NCBI GenBank assembly: GCA_902526045.1
Contig: CABZJI010000001.1
Coordinates: 90,482-154,481 of the forward strand
Direction: 5' to 3'
DNA from: an uncultured SAR86 cluster bacterium
GTDB lineage: Bacteria; Pseudomonadota; Gammaproteobacteria; Magnimaribacterales; AG-339-G14
Length of the DNA: 64,000 nucleotides
Shown: in pieces, positions 1 through 9,310 of the stretch
Numbering within the stretch: position 1 is the stretch's first letter
Layout: the number at the start of each line of letters is the position of its first letter
Translations under genes and position numbers: made by a program
Notes under the pieces: model-generated
The model's database searches: none
What the model was told of the DNA's origin: nothing
The model's input: only the letters and a program-made list of their open reading frames with translations

Positions 1-627
1 GCAACTTCAGGCACAAGAATTAAATTGAGATTCTTTGGAGGTTTCGGATTAAACGATCTAGATTTAAGTGATGAGAAAATTATTGCTAAGGCATATGAGA
101 AAGGTGTCAGTATGGGTGGAGATCTTGCTTACAATAAGGATGAAAAACCCTCCTTTATTGTTTGGGCTCAAAGAGATAAAAACGGCGCCCCGCTTCAAAG
201 AATTCAAATCATTAAAGGAACCATAGATGAATTTGACGCTATGCCTAATGAAGAAGTAATCGATGTAGTCTGCTCCAACGGTATGAAAGTTGATTATAAA
301 ACAAAGCGTTGTCCTGATAATGGTGCAAAAGTAGATTTAGAAACTTGCGCTTTTTCCATGGATAAGGGTGCTGCAGAGTTAAAAACTATTTGGACCGATG
401 AAAATTATGATCCAACGCAAAAAAACTTTTATTATGTCAGAGTATTAGAGAATCCAACTTGCCGATGGTCAACCTGGGATGCCATAAAAACAGGATCCAC
501 AGTCAGAAAAGATTTAGAGACCATAATACAAGAACGAGCTTGGTCGACACCCATTTGGATAAGCTCCATTAGAACTGAGCAAGTTGCTTTGTTCTCTACT
601 GATGATACTGCTTTAGATAATAATTAA
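1..627 (+). CDS. DUF3604-like protein, C-terminal fragment (5' end outside window)
   Basis: The frame is open from nt 1, and the listed start at 25 is only an internal TTG. C-terminal motifs YYVRVLENPTCRWSTWDA and ERAWSTPIW resemble DUF3604-family C-termini (from memory, not searched). Confidence 0.55.
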   Translation, partial: ATSGTRIKLRFFGGFGLNDLDLSDEKIIAKAYEKGVSMGGDLAYNKDEKPSFIVWAQRDKNGAPLQRIQIIKGTIDEFDAMPNEEVIDVVCSNGMKVDYKTKRCPDNGAKVDLETCAFSMDKGAAELKTIWTDENYDPTQKNFYYVRVLENPTCRWSTWDAIKTGSTVRKDLETIIQERAWSTPIWISSIRTEQVALFSTDDTALDNN

Positions 628-639
628 GATTAAGAAAAT

Positions 640-1503
640 ATGATTTTGATGGATGGAAGTATGGGAAATGAGCTTCTCACTAGAAGATCAGATCTTGTAT
701 CAGGCCTTTGGTCTGCACAGTACCTCATAGATGCCCCAGAGTTGGTGAAAGAGGTTCATCTGGAATATATAAATTCCGGCGCTGACTTAATCATCACTAA
801 CACCTACTCAACCATCCCTAGTTATCTATCCAAAAAAAACGCTGAAGATAAAATGCCTGAACTTATTCGCCTTGCCGGAAAGCTTGCAAGAGAGGCCGTC
901 AAAGATTCCAAAAAAGAAGTTAGGGTAGCTGGCTCTTTACCTCCTTTGGAAGAAAGCTATAGGCCCGATCTTGTCATTGAAGCAGGAGAAGCTGTACCAA
1001 TTTATGAAACTCTTATTAAAGAGTTGACTCCTTATGTTGATATTTTTATTTGCGAAACTATGTCATCGATAGAAGAGATGCAACATGCGATGCAGGCGTT
1101 AAAAAATCTTGATAATGAAAAGCCTGTATGGATTTCATGGTCGCTCAAAGAAGATAAAAAAAATCAGCTTCGAAGCGGTGAGACAATTAAAGATGCATTA
1201 AATGCCTCAGCGGTAATAGAGCCAGAGGCCTATTTATTTAATTGCACGGATCCTTATGCTATTACTGAAGGCATTAAAGAATTAAAAAAATTAACTAAGA
1301 AACCCATTGGTGGCTATCCCAATGTCTTTAACGTTCCTGATGGTTGGACTCTTGATAATGAGGTTCAAGTATCGGTTAGAGATTTATCGATTAGTAAGTT
1401 TTTGGAGTTTGCTATTGAGTGGCAGAACCTTGGAGCAACAATAATAGGCGGCTGTTGCGGGATAGGTCCTAAGTTTATCAAGGCAGTTGCTGACATAAAA
1501 TAA
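640..1503 (+). CDS. homocysteine S-methyltransferase family protein (MmuM/BHMT-like)
   Basis: 287 aa. N-terminal DGSMGNEL and the C-terminal zinc-site motif GGCCGIGP are typical of the S-methyl_trans fold. Confidence 0.8.
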   Translation: MILMDGSMGNELLTRRSDLVSGLWSAQYLIDAPELVKEVHLEYINSGADLIITNTYSTIPSYLSKKNAEDKMPELIRLAGKLAREAVKDSKKEVRVAGSLPPLEESYRPDLVIEAGEAVPIYETLIKELTPYVDIFICETMSSIEEMQHAMQALKNLDNEKPVWISWSLKEDKKNQLRSGETIKDALNASAVIEPEAYLFNCTDPYAITEGIKELKKLTKKPIGGYPNVFNVPDGWTLDNEVQVSVRDLSISKFLEFAIEWQNLGATIIGGCCGIGPKFIKAVADIK

Positions 1504-1507
1504 AATC

Positions 1508-1529
1508 GACAAAAAATCATTTCTTTGTC
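1508..1529. promoter_or_regulatory. 22-bp imperfect palindrome, candidate TetR operator
   Basis: GACAAAAAA-tcat-TTCTTTGTC (8/9 arm match) lies 22 nt upstream of the TetR-family start codon at 1551. Confidence 0.35.
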
Positions 1530-1550
1530 ATTTATATGTAATATGGTTGC

Positions 1551-2207
1551 ATGCAAACTAGAAAAGCAAGCAATCGAATTAAGTTAATCAAAGCTGCAGC
1601 CAGACTTATTGAAAGCGATGGTTATAAAAACATTGACGTCACCAAAGTTACTAAAGAAGCAGAACTAGGCTACGGAACTTTCTATAATCATTTTTCTGGT
1701 ATCACTGAGCTTTATGAAGAAATTACAAAAGAAGTGATACTCAACATCCAAGATTTCGTTGTGGATATAACCAGTCATGAAACAAGCTTCTTACGACAGA
1801 TTTTCATAAGAAATTATTTTCAATTTCATGCATTCTTCGGCTCACCTATTCTTGAGTGGGTGGCAGAAAATCCTACTTTTCTAATGAAGATCTGGGATGA
1901 CAACACCAAGAATACAACCAATGAAATCATTAAGAAAACAATCAAAAATGGTGAATTGAAAGGAGATCCCATAGAAATTTTAGATAGATTTGAGAACATA
2001 AGAGAAACTTATAGATGGAACTTTCTTGGCTCATTGCACTCGTTGCTTGCTGGAAAAGATCCAGACGTTGCATTTGTAGACAATACTGAAGGGGTGGATA
2101 TCTTTTCTATGCCATATAAAGAAAAAAGAGAATTCCTCAGATCTATCGTTTCAGAATATAAGAAGCATTCCTTAAAGATACAGAAGATATTTTTAGAAGG
2201 CTCTTAA
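1551..2207 (+). CDS. TetR/AcrR family transcriptional regulator
   Basis: 218 aa with an N-terminal helix-turn-helix segment (VTKVTKEAELGYGTFYNHF) characteristic of the TetR family. Confidence 0.8.
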   Translation: MQTRKASNRIKLIKAAARLIESDGYKNIDVTKVTKEAELGYGTFYNHFSGITELYEEITKEVILNIQDFVVDITSHETSFLRQIFIRNYFQFHAFFGSPILEWVAENPTFLMKIWDDNTKNTTNEIIKKTIKNGELKGDPIEILDRFENIRETYRWNFLGSLHSLLAGKDPDVAFVDNTEGVDIFSMPYKEKREFLRSIVSEYKKHSLKIQKIFLEGS

Positions 2208-2272
2208 GCCTATTTCTTCCAATAACCAATCAGATTAGTTTCCTTTGTCGAAAATCCTTATCATTTTAAGGT

Positions 2273-2294
2273 TCAGCCGCCACGTGACGGCTGA
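2273..2294. terminator. GC-rich hairpin between convergent genes (weak terminator candidate)
   Basis: TCAGCCG-n8-CGGCTGA lies between the TetR stop (2207) and the receptor stop (2316). There is no clean T-run on either side. Confidence 0.3.
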
Positions 2295-2315
2295 GAGCTT
2301 ATTGAAACTTTACTT

Positions 2316-4532
2316 TTAAAACTTATAGACAAATGTGAGGCTTCCATTAATTCCAGGGTTTAGGACATAGTCATTATCGGTCACATCAGCTGAACCTGCT
2401 ACGTTGATCCAATCATGATATTTCGCGTCCCCTAAGTTCCTTATGGCCGCTCTTAATGAAAAGTTGTCATTAACCTTTCTTGTTATGAAGAGATTGACTA
2501 TGGTTTCGCCTGGGATGCTGAATGCCGGCGAAGCATCTCCAGATCTACTTACTATAGGAGGTAAGTCTGAAGGACTCCCAACTGAGTATTTAGCATTTGC
2601 TGCGACAGACCATTTATCATCTAAAGCATTCCAATTTACGCCAAACTGAACGCTGTCAGGGTCTATGTTTTTCTTATCTTTTCCATCTTCAATTCCTTCT
2701 AAGGTGTTAATTGAGAAAGTTGTTGAAAAAGTTTCAGAAATTTCACTATTAATGGAAAATTCAATCCCCTTCAGTTCAACGGCATCTTTATTTTGTGCCT
2801 CAAACTGTAAAAGTCCGGTTCTTGAAACGCCTGTCATGACAAAATCAATAAAATCCTCATAGTTATTTTGAAACCATGCTACTGACCAGCTGGACTGATT
2901 TACCTGTCCTCTAAATCCTATTTCGTGCCCATAGCTTGTCTCAGACTCAAGATCTGAATTTGGAATAATAGTGTATCTTTGTGCAAAGTTAGTGAAACTT
3001 AAGTTTGAATCATAAAAATCAGGACTTCTGAATCCCTGAGCGTATTGATAATAAAAGGAATTATCACCAGCAAAGTCTTTGATCAAACCAAATTTAAAAG
3101 AGGATCGAGCATCTTGCTGATCTACGAGTTCATAGCCAAATGGATTTACATTTTCAAAAAGTTTATCTGGATAAGTTTCTAATTTATAACCTTCTATTCT
3201 GGCGCCTAACACTATTGATAACGTTGAATCTATGTCCATCCTATCGCTGAAAAATATAGCTGATCTGATGGTGTCAGAATCAGGAAAAGTTTTATTAGGA
3301 TAAAGCTCTCCTCCAATATTATTATTTATTGCGCCGGTTAAAATATTTCTCTCATCTTTAAACCTTGGTCTTGAAATATATATTGTTTCTAAAGTTGCTC
3401 CATAAACAAGGTTATGTCTTACATTCGCATCGACTGATTTAAACATTTGAAAAGAGAAGCCTTTTATCGACTGATCAAAGCGATAATCTTTGTTCTCCAC
3501 TAATGGCGTGGGTGGAATATTTGGAACAAATGAGGGGGGACCACCTGCTCCAGTAACCATTTCACCAGTGATCGACTTATTTGTAGTTGTGACCTGAGTT
3601 TGGTCAGTTTTTTGGGTATAGATGGTAAAACTACCGTTATCATAAGCTGCACTGTTTTCAGAAAAATTTACTGTAAAAGACAGTCTGTCCCTCGATCCCT
3701 CATCTTGACCAAGGGAGGACGTTGTTGAGTACATGACAGGAAATCCACCCATTCCTAATTCTGAATTTAGACTTATGTCACCTGACCAATTTTGGGAATC
3801 CAGTGTCAAAACTAAATCCAACACATCGCTTATTAAAAATTTAAACTTCCCAAAGAAACTATCTTGTTCGCCGTTGAATGGATTAGGATCAACTTTCGCC
3901 TCATCATGAAGATTCATTTCTTTCATGGTCCTATTCGTGTATTGAAATATTGCTTCTGACGTTTCGCCTACAATAGCTCCCAAAGCAGATATCCTTTTTT
4001 GGAAATTATCGCTATCAATACCGCCTGATAGTTCAAAGTAATTTTCTCCAATCTCAGCTAGATCGCTAGCATCCTTCGTGAGGTAGGAAACCACACCAGC
4101 AAGACCATCTGACCCATATAGCGCTGAACTTGGTCCTTTTAGAATTTCTACTCGTTTTAGTAAACTTGTATCCACAAGATCACGTCCGTAACCAACATAA
4201 ACTTCTCCGACTCTTATGCCGTCAACGAGGAAGTTTACTCTTTGCCCCCCCATGCCTCTTATGGAAATTCCATCATTAAATGTCCTTCCAGAATTGAAAT
4301 CTCTCGAAACTGTCACGCCTGGAGTATTTTCAAGTAAATCTTTTAAATCAGTAACCTGTCTATTTTCTATGTCCTCAAAATTTACGACATTAACTGACCC
4401 TATTACTTCAGATAGTGCAACTGGATACTTAGATGAAATGACTACAATTTCTTCTGTTTTCTCGTCTTGTGAAAAAAGAAAAGTGCTTGAAGATAAAGAT
4501 AAAAAGATTGTAAATTTAAGTAAAAGCTTCAT
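2316..4532 (-). CDS. TonB-dependent outer-membrane receptor, probably heme/hemoglobin
   Basis: 738 aa. Signal peptide, TonB-box-like EEIVVIS, plug motif RVEILKGPSSALYGSDGLAGVV and a terminal aromatic residue (..TFVYKF). Divergent from the hemin ABC operon, with a shared Fur box. Confidence 0.85.
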   Translation of the reverse strand: MKLLLKFTIFLSLSSSTFLFSQDEKTEEIVVISSKYPVALSEVIGSVNVVNFEDIENRQVTDLKDLLENTPGVTVSRDFNSGRTFNDGISIRGMGGQRVNFLVDGIRVGEVYVGYGRDLVDTSLLKRVEILKGPSSALYGSDGLAGVVSYLTKDASDLAEIGENYFELSGGIDSDNFQKRISALGAIVGETSEAIFQYTNRTMKEMNLHDEAKVDPNPFNGEQDSFFGKFKFLISDVLDLVLTLDSQNWSGDISLNSELGMGGFPVMYSTTSSLGQDEGSRDRLSFTVNFSENSAAYDNGSFTIYTQKTDQTQVTTTNKSITGEMVTGAGGPPSFVPNIPPTPLVENKDYRFDQSIKGFSFQMFKSVDANVRHNLVYGATLETIYISRPRFKDERNILTGAINNNIGGELYPNKTFPDSDTIRSAIFFSDRMDIDSTLSIVLGARIEGYKLETYPDKLFENVNPFGYELVDQQDARSSFKFGLIKDFAGDNSFYYQYAQGFRSPDFYDSNLSFTNFAQRYTIIPNSDLESETSYGHEIGFRGQVNQSSWSVAWFQNNYEDFIDFVMTGVSRTGLLQFEAQNKDAVELKGIEFSINSEISETFSTTFSINTLEGIEDGKDKKNIDPDSVQFGVNWNALDDKWSVAANAKYSVGSPSDLPPIVSRSGDASPAFSIPGETIVNLFITRKVNDNFSLRAAIRNLGDAKYHDWINVAGSADVTDNDYVLNPGINGSLTFVYKF

Positions 4533-4566
4533 AAAACCTCATTTAATTCTATGTACCTACCTAAAC

Positions 4567-4585
4567 GAGAATGATTATCATTTAC
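4567..4585. promoter_or_regulatory. Fur box
   Basis: GAGAATGATTATCATTTAC matches the 19-bp consensus GATAATGATAATCATTATC at 15/19, with a perfect core palindrome AATGAT-t-ATCATT. It lies in the 83-bp divergent spacer between the receptor and hmuT. Confidence 0.75.
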
Positions 4586-4615
4586 TTTTGAATAAAAAGC
4601 AATAAAATCTCTTTA

Positions 4616-5464
4616 ATGAGAATTTTTTTTCTATCAATATTAGTTTCTAGTTTTTACATCATGGGAAACTGCGATCTAGCAAGCGATTCAAGCAAATTAG
4701 TAATAGCAGGAGGATCGCTGACAGAAATTGTTTACGATCTAAAAGAAGAAGAAAAGTTAATAGCAGTTGATGTAACATCTAACTACCCTTTGGATGCAAA
4801 AAGTCTTCCTTCAATAGGTTATGTTAGAGCCCTTTCAACTGAGGGTTTATTGTCTTTAAGCCCATCTTTAATTTTGGGTGAAAATGATATGGGTCCTCCT
4901 CTTGTTTTAGATCAACTCAAGTTGGTTGGTGTGGATATAAGAATTATTCCTGAAGATCACAGCGTCGGCGGTATTATTGATAAAGTTAATTGCGTTTCAA
5001 AAATTCTTGGAACAGGCAGTAATAAAAAGAACCGTCTTAAAGAAAAATTGGATGAAAATATAAACCTTTTAAAAAAATCTCAAAAAAAGATTTTTAGTAA
5101 AGATACTTCGGTAATGTTAATTCTAAACTTACAGGGAACTTCACCAATAGTTGCTGGAGTTGCTACCTCTGGAGATGGTTTTATAAAATTACTTGGTGCA
5201 AAAAATGTGATGGATGACTTTGAAGGATGGAAGCCAGTTAGCACTGAATCCATATTAGAGAAAAATCCTGACTTCATAATTGTGACAAAAAGAGGGATGA
5301 GTTCCTTTACCGATGAAAAAGCTTTCGGACAACATCCATCTTTACGGCTCACCGATGCGGCAAAAGAACAAAATATCTTAGCTATCGATGGCATGTCTAT
5401 GCTTGGCTTTGGTCCTAGGACCATTGAAACAGCAGTAACGGTTTCAAAAAAATTAATTAACTAA
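4616..5464 (+). CDS. hmuT: hemin ABC transporter periplasmic substrate-binding protein
   Basis: 282 aa with a signal peptide and class-8 periplasmic binding protein features (IVAGGSLTEIVYDL, PDFIIV). First gene of a tightly coupled ABC operon. Confidence 0.8.
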   Translation: MRIFFLSILVSSFYIMGNCDLASDSSKLVIAGGSLTEIVYDLKEEEKLIAVDVTSNYPLDAKSLPSIGYVRALSTEGLLSLSPSLILGENDMGPPLVLDQLKLVGVDIRIIPEDHSVGGIIDKVNCVSKILGTGSNKKNRLKEKLDENINLLKKSQKKIFSKDTSVMLILNLQGTSPIVAGVATSGDGFIKLLGAKNVMDDFEGWKPVSTESILEKNPDFIIVTKRGMSSFTDEKAFGQHPSLRLTDAAKEQNILAIDGMSMLGFGPRTIETAVTVSKKLIN

Positions 5465-5465
5465 C

Positions 5466-6503
5466 ATGGCTTGGTTATTTAATTATTTTAGTTTTCTAAA
5501 ACATTCAACTAGTCAACAAATTTTGATTTCTTTTGCATTGATAATTTCTTTGGTATTTATATTTCTTCTTTCGGTATCATTTGGTAGTTTTAATTTTTCA
5601 ATCATAGAATTTCTTTTTCCATCAGAGAGCTCAATCCAAAAGACTGTTCTTCTTGAAATAAGAATTCCAAGAGTTCTTTTAGCTGGATTCGTGGGTGCAA
5701 GTTTGGGATTATCGGGGGCTTCTTTACAAGGCTTATTTAGAAATCCATTAGCAGATCCTGGATTAATTGGTGTTTCTGCTGGAGCCGCTTTGGGAGCTGC
5801 ATTAGTTATTGTTTTGGGATCAACTTATATTCCAGCTTATATTTTTAATACCTTGGCTTTACCTATCTCAGCGGTCGCTGGAGCTGCTTTAGTTATATCC
5901 CTTTTATATTTTTTTACTAGAGGTTTTGGTTACCAGGGAATAACTTATATGTTGCTAATTGGAATTGCTGTAAATGCTTTTGCTTCTGTTGGGATAGGAA
6001 TTTTAACCTTTATAAGTACAGATTCTGAATTGAGAGGTCTAACATTTTGGACAATGGGTAGTTTTGGCGGCGCATCATGGCAAATTATACTTCCTGCGTT
6101 GATGATCATAATGTTATCCATGTTTTGGATGATTCCGTCGTCAAGAAAACTCGATCTTCTTCAGTTAGGTGAGCCTGAAGCTTACAGGTTAGGAATAGAC
6201 GTTCAAAAGCTCAAATTTAAAGTCATTGTTTCTTCTGCGATAACTGTTGGTATAAGTGTTTCATTATCAGGCATGATTGGTTTTGTCGGTTTGGTAGTAC
6301 CTCATCTTGTAAGATTATTAGGCGGAGTTAATCATAGTTTCCTCTTACCTGCTTCTGCTTTTCTTGGGGCAAGTCTCATGATGGGAGCGGATTTATTATC
6401 CAGATTACTAATTGCACCAGCTGAATTGCCTGTGGGCCTTATAACAAGTGCAATCGGAGCTCCATTCTTCTTGTGGTTAATTTTCAGATCAAGGAGAATA
6501 TGA
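5466..6503 (+). CDS. hmuU: hemin ABC transporter permease (FecCD family)
   Basis: 345 aa, polytopic. FecCD motifs include RIPRVLLAGFVGASLGLSGASLQGLFRNPLADPGLIGVS. Confidence 0.85.
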   Translation: MAWLFNYFSFLKHSTSQQILISFALIISLVFIFLLSVSFGSFNFSIIEFLFPSESSIQKTVLLEIRIPRVLLAGFVGASLGLSGASLQGLFRNPLADPGLIGVSAGAALGAALVIVLGSTYIPAYIFNTLALPISAVAGAALVISLLYFFTRGFGYQGITYMLLIGIAVNAFASVGIGILTFISTDSELRGLTFWTMGSFGGASWQIILPALMIIMLSMFWMIPSSRKLDLLQLGEPEAYRLGIDVQKLKFKVIVSSAITVGISVSLSGMIGFVGLVVPHLVRLLGGVNHSFLLPASAFLGASLMMGADLLSRLLIAPAELPVGLITSAIGAPFFLWLIFRSRRI

Positions 6504-7270
6504 GTATTAAAATTTCTTCAATTTCTTATCAAATAAATAATAAAAATATCCTTAAGGATATTTCACTTGAAGTGGAATTAGGCGAGATTCTTTGTATTTT
6601 AGGACCCAATGGAGCAGGGAAGTCAACATTGCTTAAACTTTTATCAGGAGATTTTAAACCATCAAGTGGTGAAATTTATTTCGACGATAAGAACCTAAAC
6701 GAAATATCAATTCAGGAAAGGTCTTTTATGAGAAGCGTAATGGCTCAATCTCAAGCTATAGTCTTTGATTTTTCCGTAAAAGAGATCATTGAAATGGGCT
6801 GGTTGGATAAAGGCCTTGCCAGTTATGCTGATAAGTTTCAAGAAGCTTTAGATGAGATTGCTGAAGAGACATCTGTTAAAGATTTACTCAACGAAAAATT
6901 TAATGTTCTCTCTGGCGGCGAACAACGCAGGGTACATTTTGCAAGAACTTTGTTACAAACATGGAGGCCATCGAATTCTACTGATCCCATTTATTTATTA
7001 TTAGATGAACCTACTGCAAATCTTGATATTCTGCATGAGAAAAAAATGATGCAAAAGATTAAAGATAAAGCAGCTGGAGGTATTGGAGTAATGATTATTC
7101 TTCATGATATAAATGTTGCTGCTAAATATTCGGATAAGGTAGCTATCTTTAAAGATGGAGAACTGAAAGATATTGGCCCTCCATCCAAAGTGTTCGATGA
7201 AGAAAAGTTAAGTGCTACTTACGGCTTGCCGATGAAAATAAATAGAAACCCATATTTAATTACATACTGA
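6500..7270 (+). CDS. hmuV: hemin ABC transporter ATP-binding protein
   Basis: Walker A GPNGAGKST, signature LSGGEQRR and Walker B LLLDEP. I prefer the ATG at 6500 (MSIKISS..), which forms an ATGA overlap with the hmuU stop and follows AAGGAG, over the listed start at 6473. Confidence 0.85.
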   Translation: MSIKISSISYQINNKNILKDISLEVELGEILCILGPNGAGKSTLLKLLSGDFKPSSGEIYFDDKNLNEISIQERSFMRSVMAQSQAIVFDFSVKEIIEMGWLDKGLASYADKFQEALDEIAEETSVKDLLNEKFNVLSGGEQRRVHFARTLLQTWRPSNSTDPIYLLLDEPTANLDILHEKKMMQKIKDKAAGGIGVMIILHDINVAAKYSDKVAIFKDGELKDIGPPSKVFDEEKLSATYGLPMKINRNPYLITY

Positions 7271-7986
7271 TGATAGATTACGAAAACAAGGCTGTAGAGT
7301 TACTAAGAAATTGTAGAGAGGGTGTTCTGTCTACTGTTTCTAAAAAATTTGAAGGATATCCTTTTGGCAGTTTTGTCACCTTCATAACAGGTCCAGATAG
7401 AAGTGTTATTTTTTACGCTAGTGATATTGCGCAACACACCATCAACATAAAAAATAATTCTAAAGCTTGCCTAACGTTGTTTAATTTAAACGAAGGGGAT
7501 AAGCAAGATAGTTCAAGATTAAGCTTGCTTGGAGATATTAAAAAAATTGAAGATAGTTCAAATGAAGTTTCAGAGAAATTTGTTGATTTTTTCCCAGAGA
7601 GTGCTCAATACTCAAAAATGCATGATTTCAATTTTTATAAATTAAGTGTTAATGAAGCAAGATGGATTGGAGGTTTTGGAAAAATCGCTTGGCTTGATAA
7701 TAGTAATTGGAAAAATGCAAACCCTAAGTGGCTAAAGCAGGAAGCTTCAATGATCAAACATATGAATGATGACCATGCTAACTCTATCATCTCAACGCTT
7801 CATGCAAAAAAGGGATTAAAGGATAAAACGGCAAAGATGTTAAGGCTCACTATTGATGGCTATTACGTGTTATCAAAAAGGGACATTCATTTTATAGAAT
7901 TTGATGAGCCCTGCTTAAATGTCAAAGAATATAGAAAAAAATTAGTTGAACTCGCAGACAAATTTAGGGATTATGAGCTCATATGA
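7270..7986 (+). CDS. HugZ-like heme utilisation protein / heme oxygenase (PNPOx-like split barrel + DUF2470)
   Basis: 238 aa. N-terminal REGVLSTVSKKFEGYPFGSFVTF and C-terminal HMNDDHANS are typical of the HugZ/DUF2470 architecture. TGATG overlap with hmuV. Confidence 0.65.
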   Translation: MIDYENKAVELLRNCREGVLSTVSKKFEGYPFGSFVTFITGPDRSVIFYASDIAQHTINIKNNSKACLTLFNLNEGDKQDSSRLSLLGDIKKIEDSSNEVSEKFVDFFPESAQYSKMHDFNFYKLSVNEARWIGGFGKIAWLDNSNWKNANPKWLKQEASMIKHMNDDHANSIISTLHAKKGLKDKTAKMLRLTIDGYYVLSKRDIHFIEFDEPCLNVKEYRKKLVELADKFRDYELI

Positions 7987-8216
7987 CTCAGTTCCAAGCG
8001 GCGGCTTTAAACGTTACAAAAAGAATTCTTGGCGGTTCAAGTGCAACTTTAGCTATTGTTTATACAGTCGGTCACATCGGTATCGCGATATTGTGTGTAA
8101 GAATTATCACAGGGGCCCCTCTGGAATTAGCAGCAATAGATGCTTTAGTGGAGCCAATAATAAATGGCTTTTGGTTTTACTTGTTGCATTCAACTTGGAA
8201 AAGGTTTCAAAACTAA
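7983..8216 (+). CDS. small membrane protein, DUF2061-like
   Basis: 77 aa with two hydrophobic helices and a C-terminal EPIINGFWFYLLHSTW reminiscent of DUF2061. ATGA overlap with the preceding gene. Confidence 0.45.
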   Translation: MTQFQAAALNVTKRILGGSSATLAIVYTVGHIGIAILCVRIITGAPLELAAIDALVEPIINGFWFYLLHSTWKRFQN

Positions 8217-8245
8217 TTTAAATCACATCTTTTGCATGACAAAAT

Positions 8246-9289
8246 TTGTTAATGTGGTCTGCAGACAAAATTAACGATTGGTATGAAAGTCAGCAATGGT
8301 TAGTAGGGTGCAATTACCTTCCAAGCACAGCAATCAACCAATTAGAAATGTTCCAAGAAGAAAGCTTTGATTTCGAAACAAATAAAAGAGAAATCGGTTG
8401 GGCTAGTGACATTGGTTTTAATAGTTTACGAATTTATCTACACGATTTGCTTTGGCAGGATAAAAAAAGTTTCAAAAACCAACTCAATAAGACTTTAACT
8501 TTGTGCAAGAATTTCAACTTAAAACCTATCTTAGTTCTCTTAGATGATTGTCACAGACCTTTTCCAAAGCTTGGAAAGCAACCTTTGCCAGTAAAAGGCG
8601 TTCATAATTCAGGCTGGAAGCAAAGTCCGGGTCATAAGATTGTCAAAGAAATTGCTGAAGGCAATACAGATGAAGAAGCGAGATTGAAAATATTTATCCA
8701 AGAAGTATTAGATGATTTCCGAGATGATGAAACAATTTTACTTTGGGATCTTTACAATGAGCCGGGTCAATTTGGCATTGGTGATCAATCCAATGTACTT
8801 TTAAATAAAGTTTGGGATTGGGCATATGAAGTCAGGCCCTCACAACCTTTAACAGCATGTCTTGATGGAACAATTGGGGATAAGAACATCCAAATCAATA
8901 GAGAAAAGTCTGACGTCATAAGTTTTCACGTCTATGAACATCAAAAAGTACTTCCAATAATTAATGAATTAAAAGAAATCGGTCGCCCAATGATATGCAC
9001 CGAATACATGGCCAGAGAATTTGGTACTACTTTTGAGTTTACCCTTCCGATCTTTAAAGAACATAACATCGGTGCCTATAACTGGGGATTTGTAGCTGGC
9101 AAAAGTCAAACTCATTTTAGCTGGGAAACTATTTTAAAAATTAAAGAATTAAAAGATAAGGGTGAGTTCATTAATGAAGGTGAAACCATTCCAGAACCAA
9201 GTGTGTGGTTTCATGATATTTTCAGAAAAGATGGTTCAGCTTACGATCAAGCTGAGATCGATTTTATAAAAAAAATTACCGCCTCTTAA
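8246..9289 (+). CDS. glycoside hydrolase, GH5 (cellulase-family)-like, no signal peptide
   Basis: 347 aa. LLWDLYNEPG carries the catalytic acid/base NEP motif, and ICTEYM fits the nucleophile Glu region. The start may be the TTG at 8246 or the ATG at 8252. Confidence 0.6.
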   Translation: MLMWSADKINDWYESQQWLVGCNYLPSTAINQLEMFQEESFDFETNKREIGWASDIGFNSLRIYLHDLLWQDKKSFKNQLNKTLTLCKNFNLKPILVLLDDCHRPFPKLGKQPLPVKGVHNSGWKQSPGHKIVKEIAEGNTDEEARLKIFIQEVLDDFRDDETILLWDLYNEPGQFGIGDQSNVLLNKVWDWAYEVRPSQPLTACLDGTIGDKNIQINREKSDVISFHVYEHQKVLPIINELKEIGRPMICTEYMAREFGTTFEFTLPIFKEHNIGAYNWGFVAGKSQTHFSWETILKIKELKDKGEFINEGETIPEPSVWFHDIFRKDGSAYDQAEIDFIKKITAS

Positions 9290-9310
9290 ATGTATCCCAA
9301 ATTTTTAAAA

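Noticed and set aside
1365-1556. 63-aa minus-strand ORF spanning the end of the methyltransferase gene and the TetR start.
   Set aside because: It overlaps two well-supported plus-strand genes and has no recognisable features.
2443-4605. Plus-strand ORFs 2443-2649, 2665-2862 and 4216-4605 inside or overlapping the TonB-dependent receptor gene.
   Set aside because: They lie antisense to a 738-aa gene with clear receptor motifs. Their translations are low-complexity with no motifs. These are typical shadow ORFs.
7946-8221. 91-aa alternative-frame ORF overlapping the DUF2061-like ORF on the same strand.
   Set aside because: The 7983 frame has an ATGA coupling to the upstream gene and a plausible two-helix membrane protein with a DUF2061-like C-terminus. 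The 7946 frame gives a Cys/Arg/Ser-rich, non-protein-like sequence.
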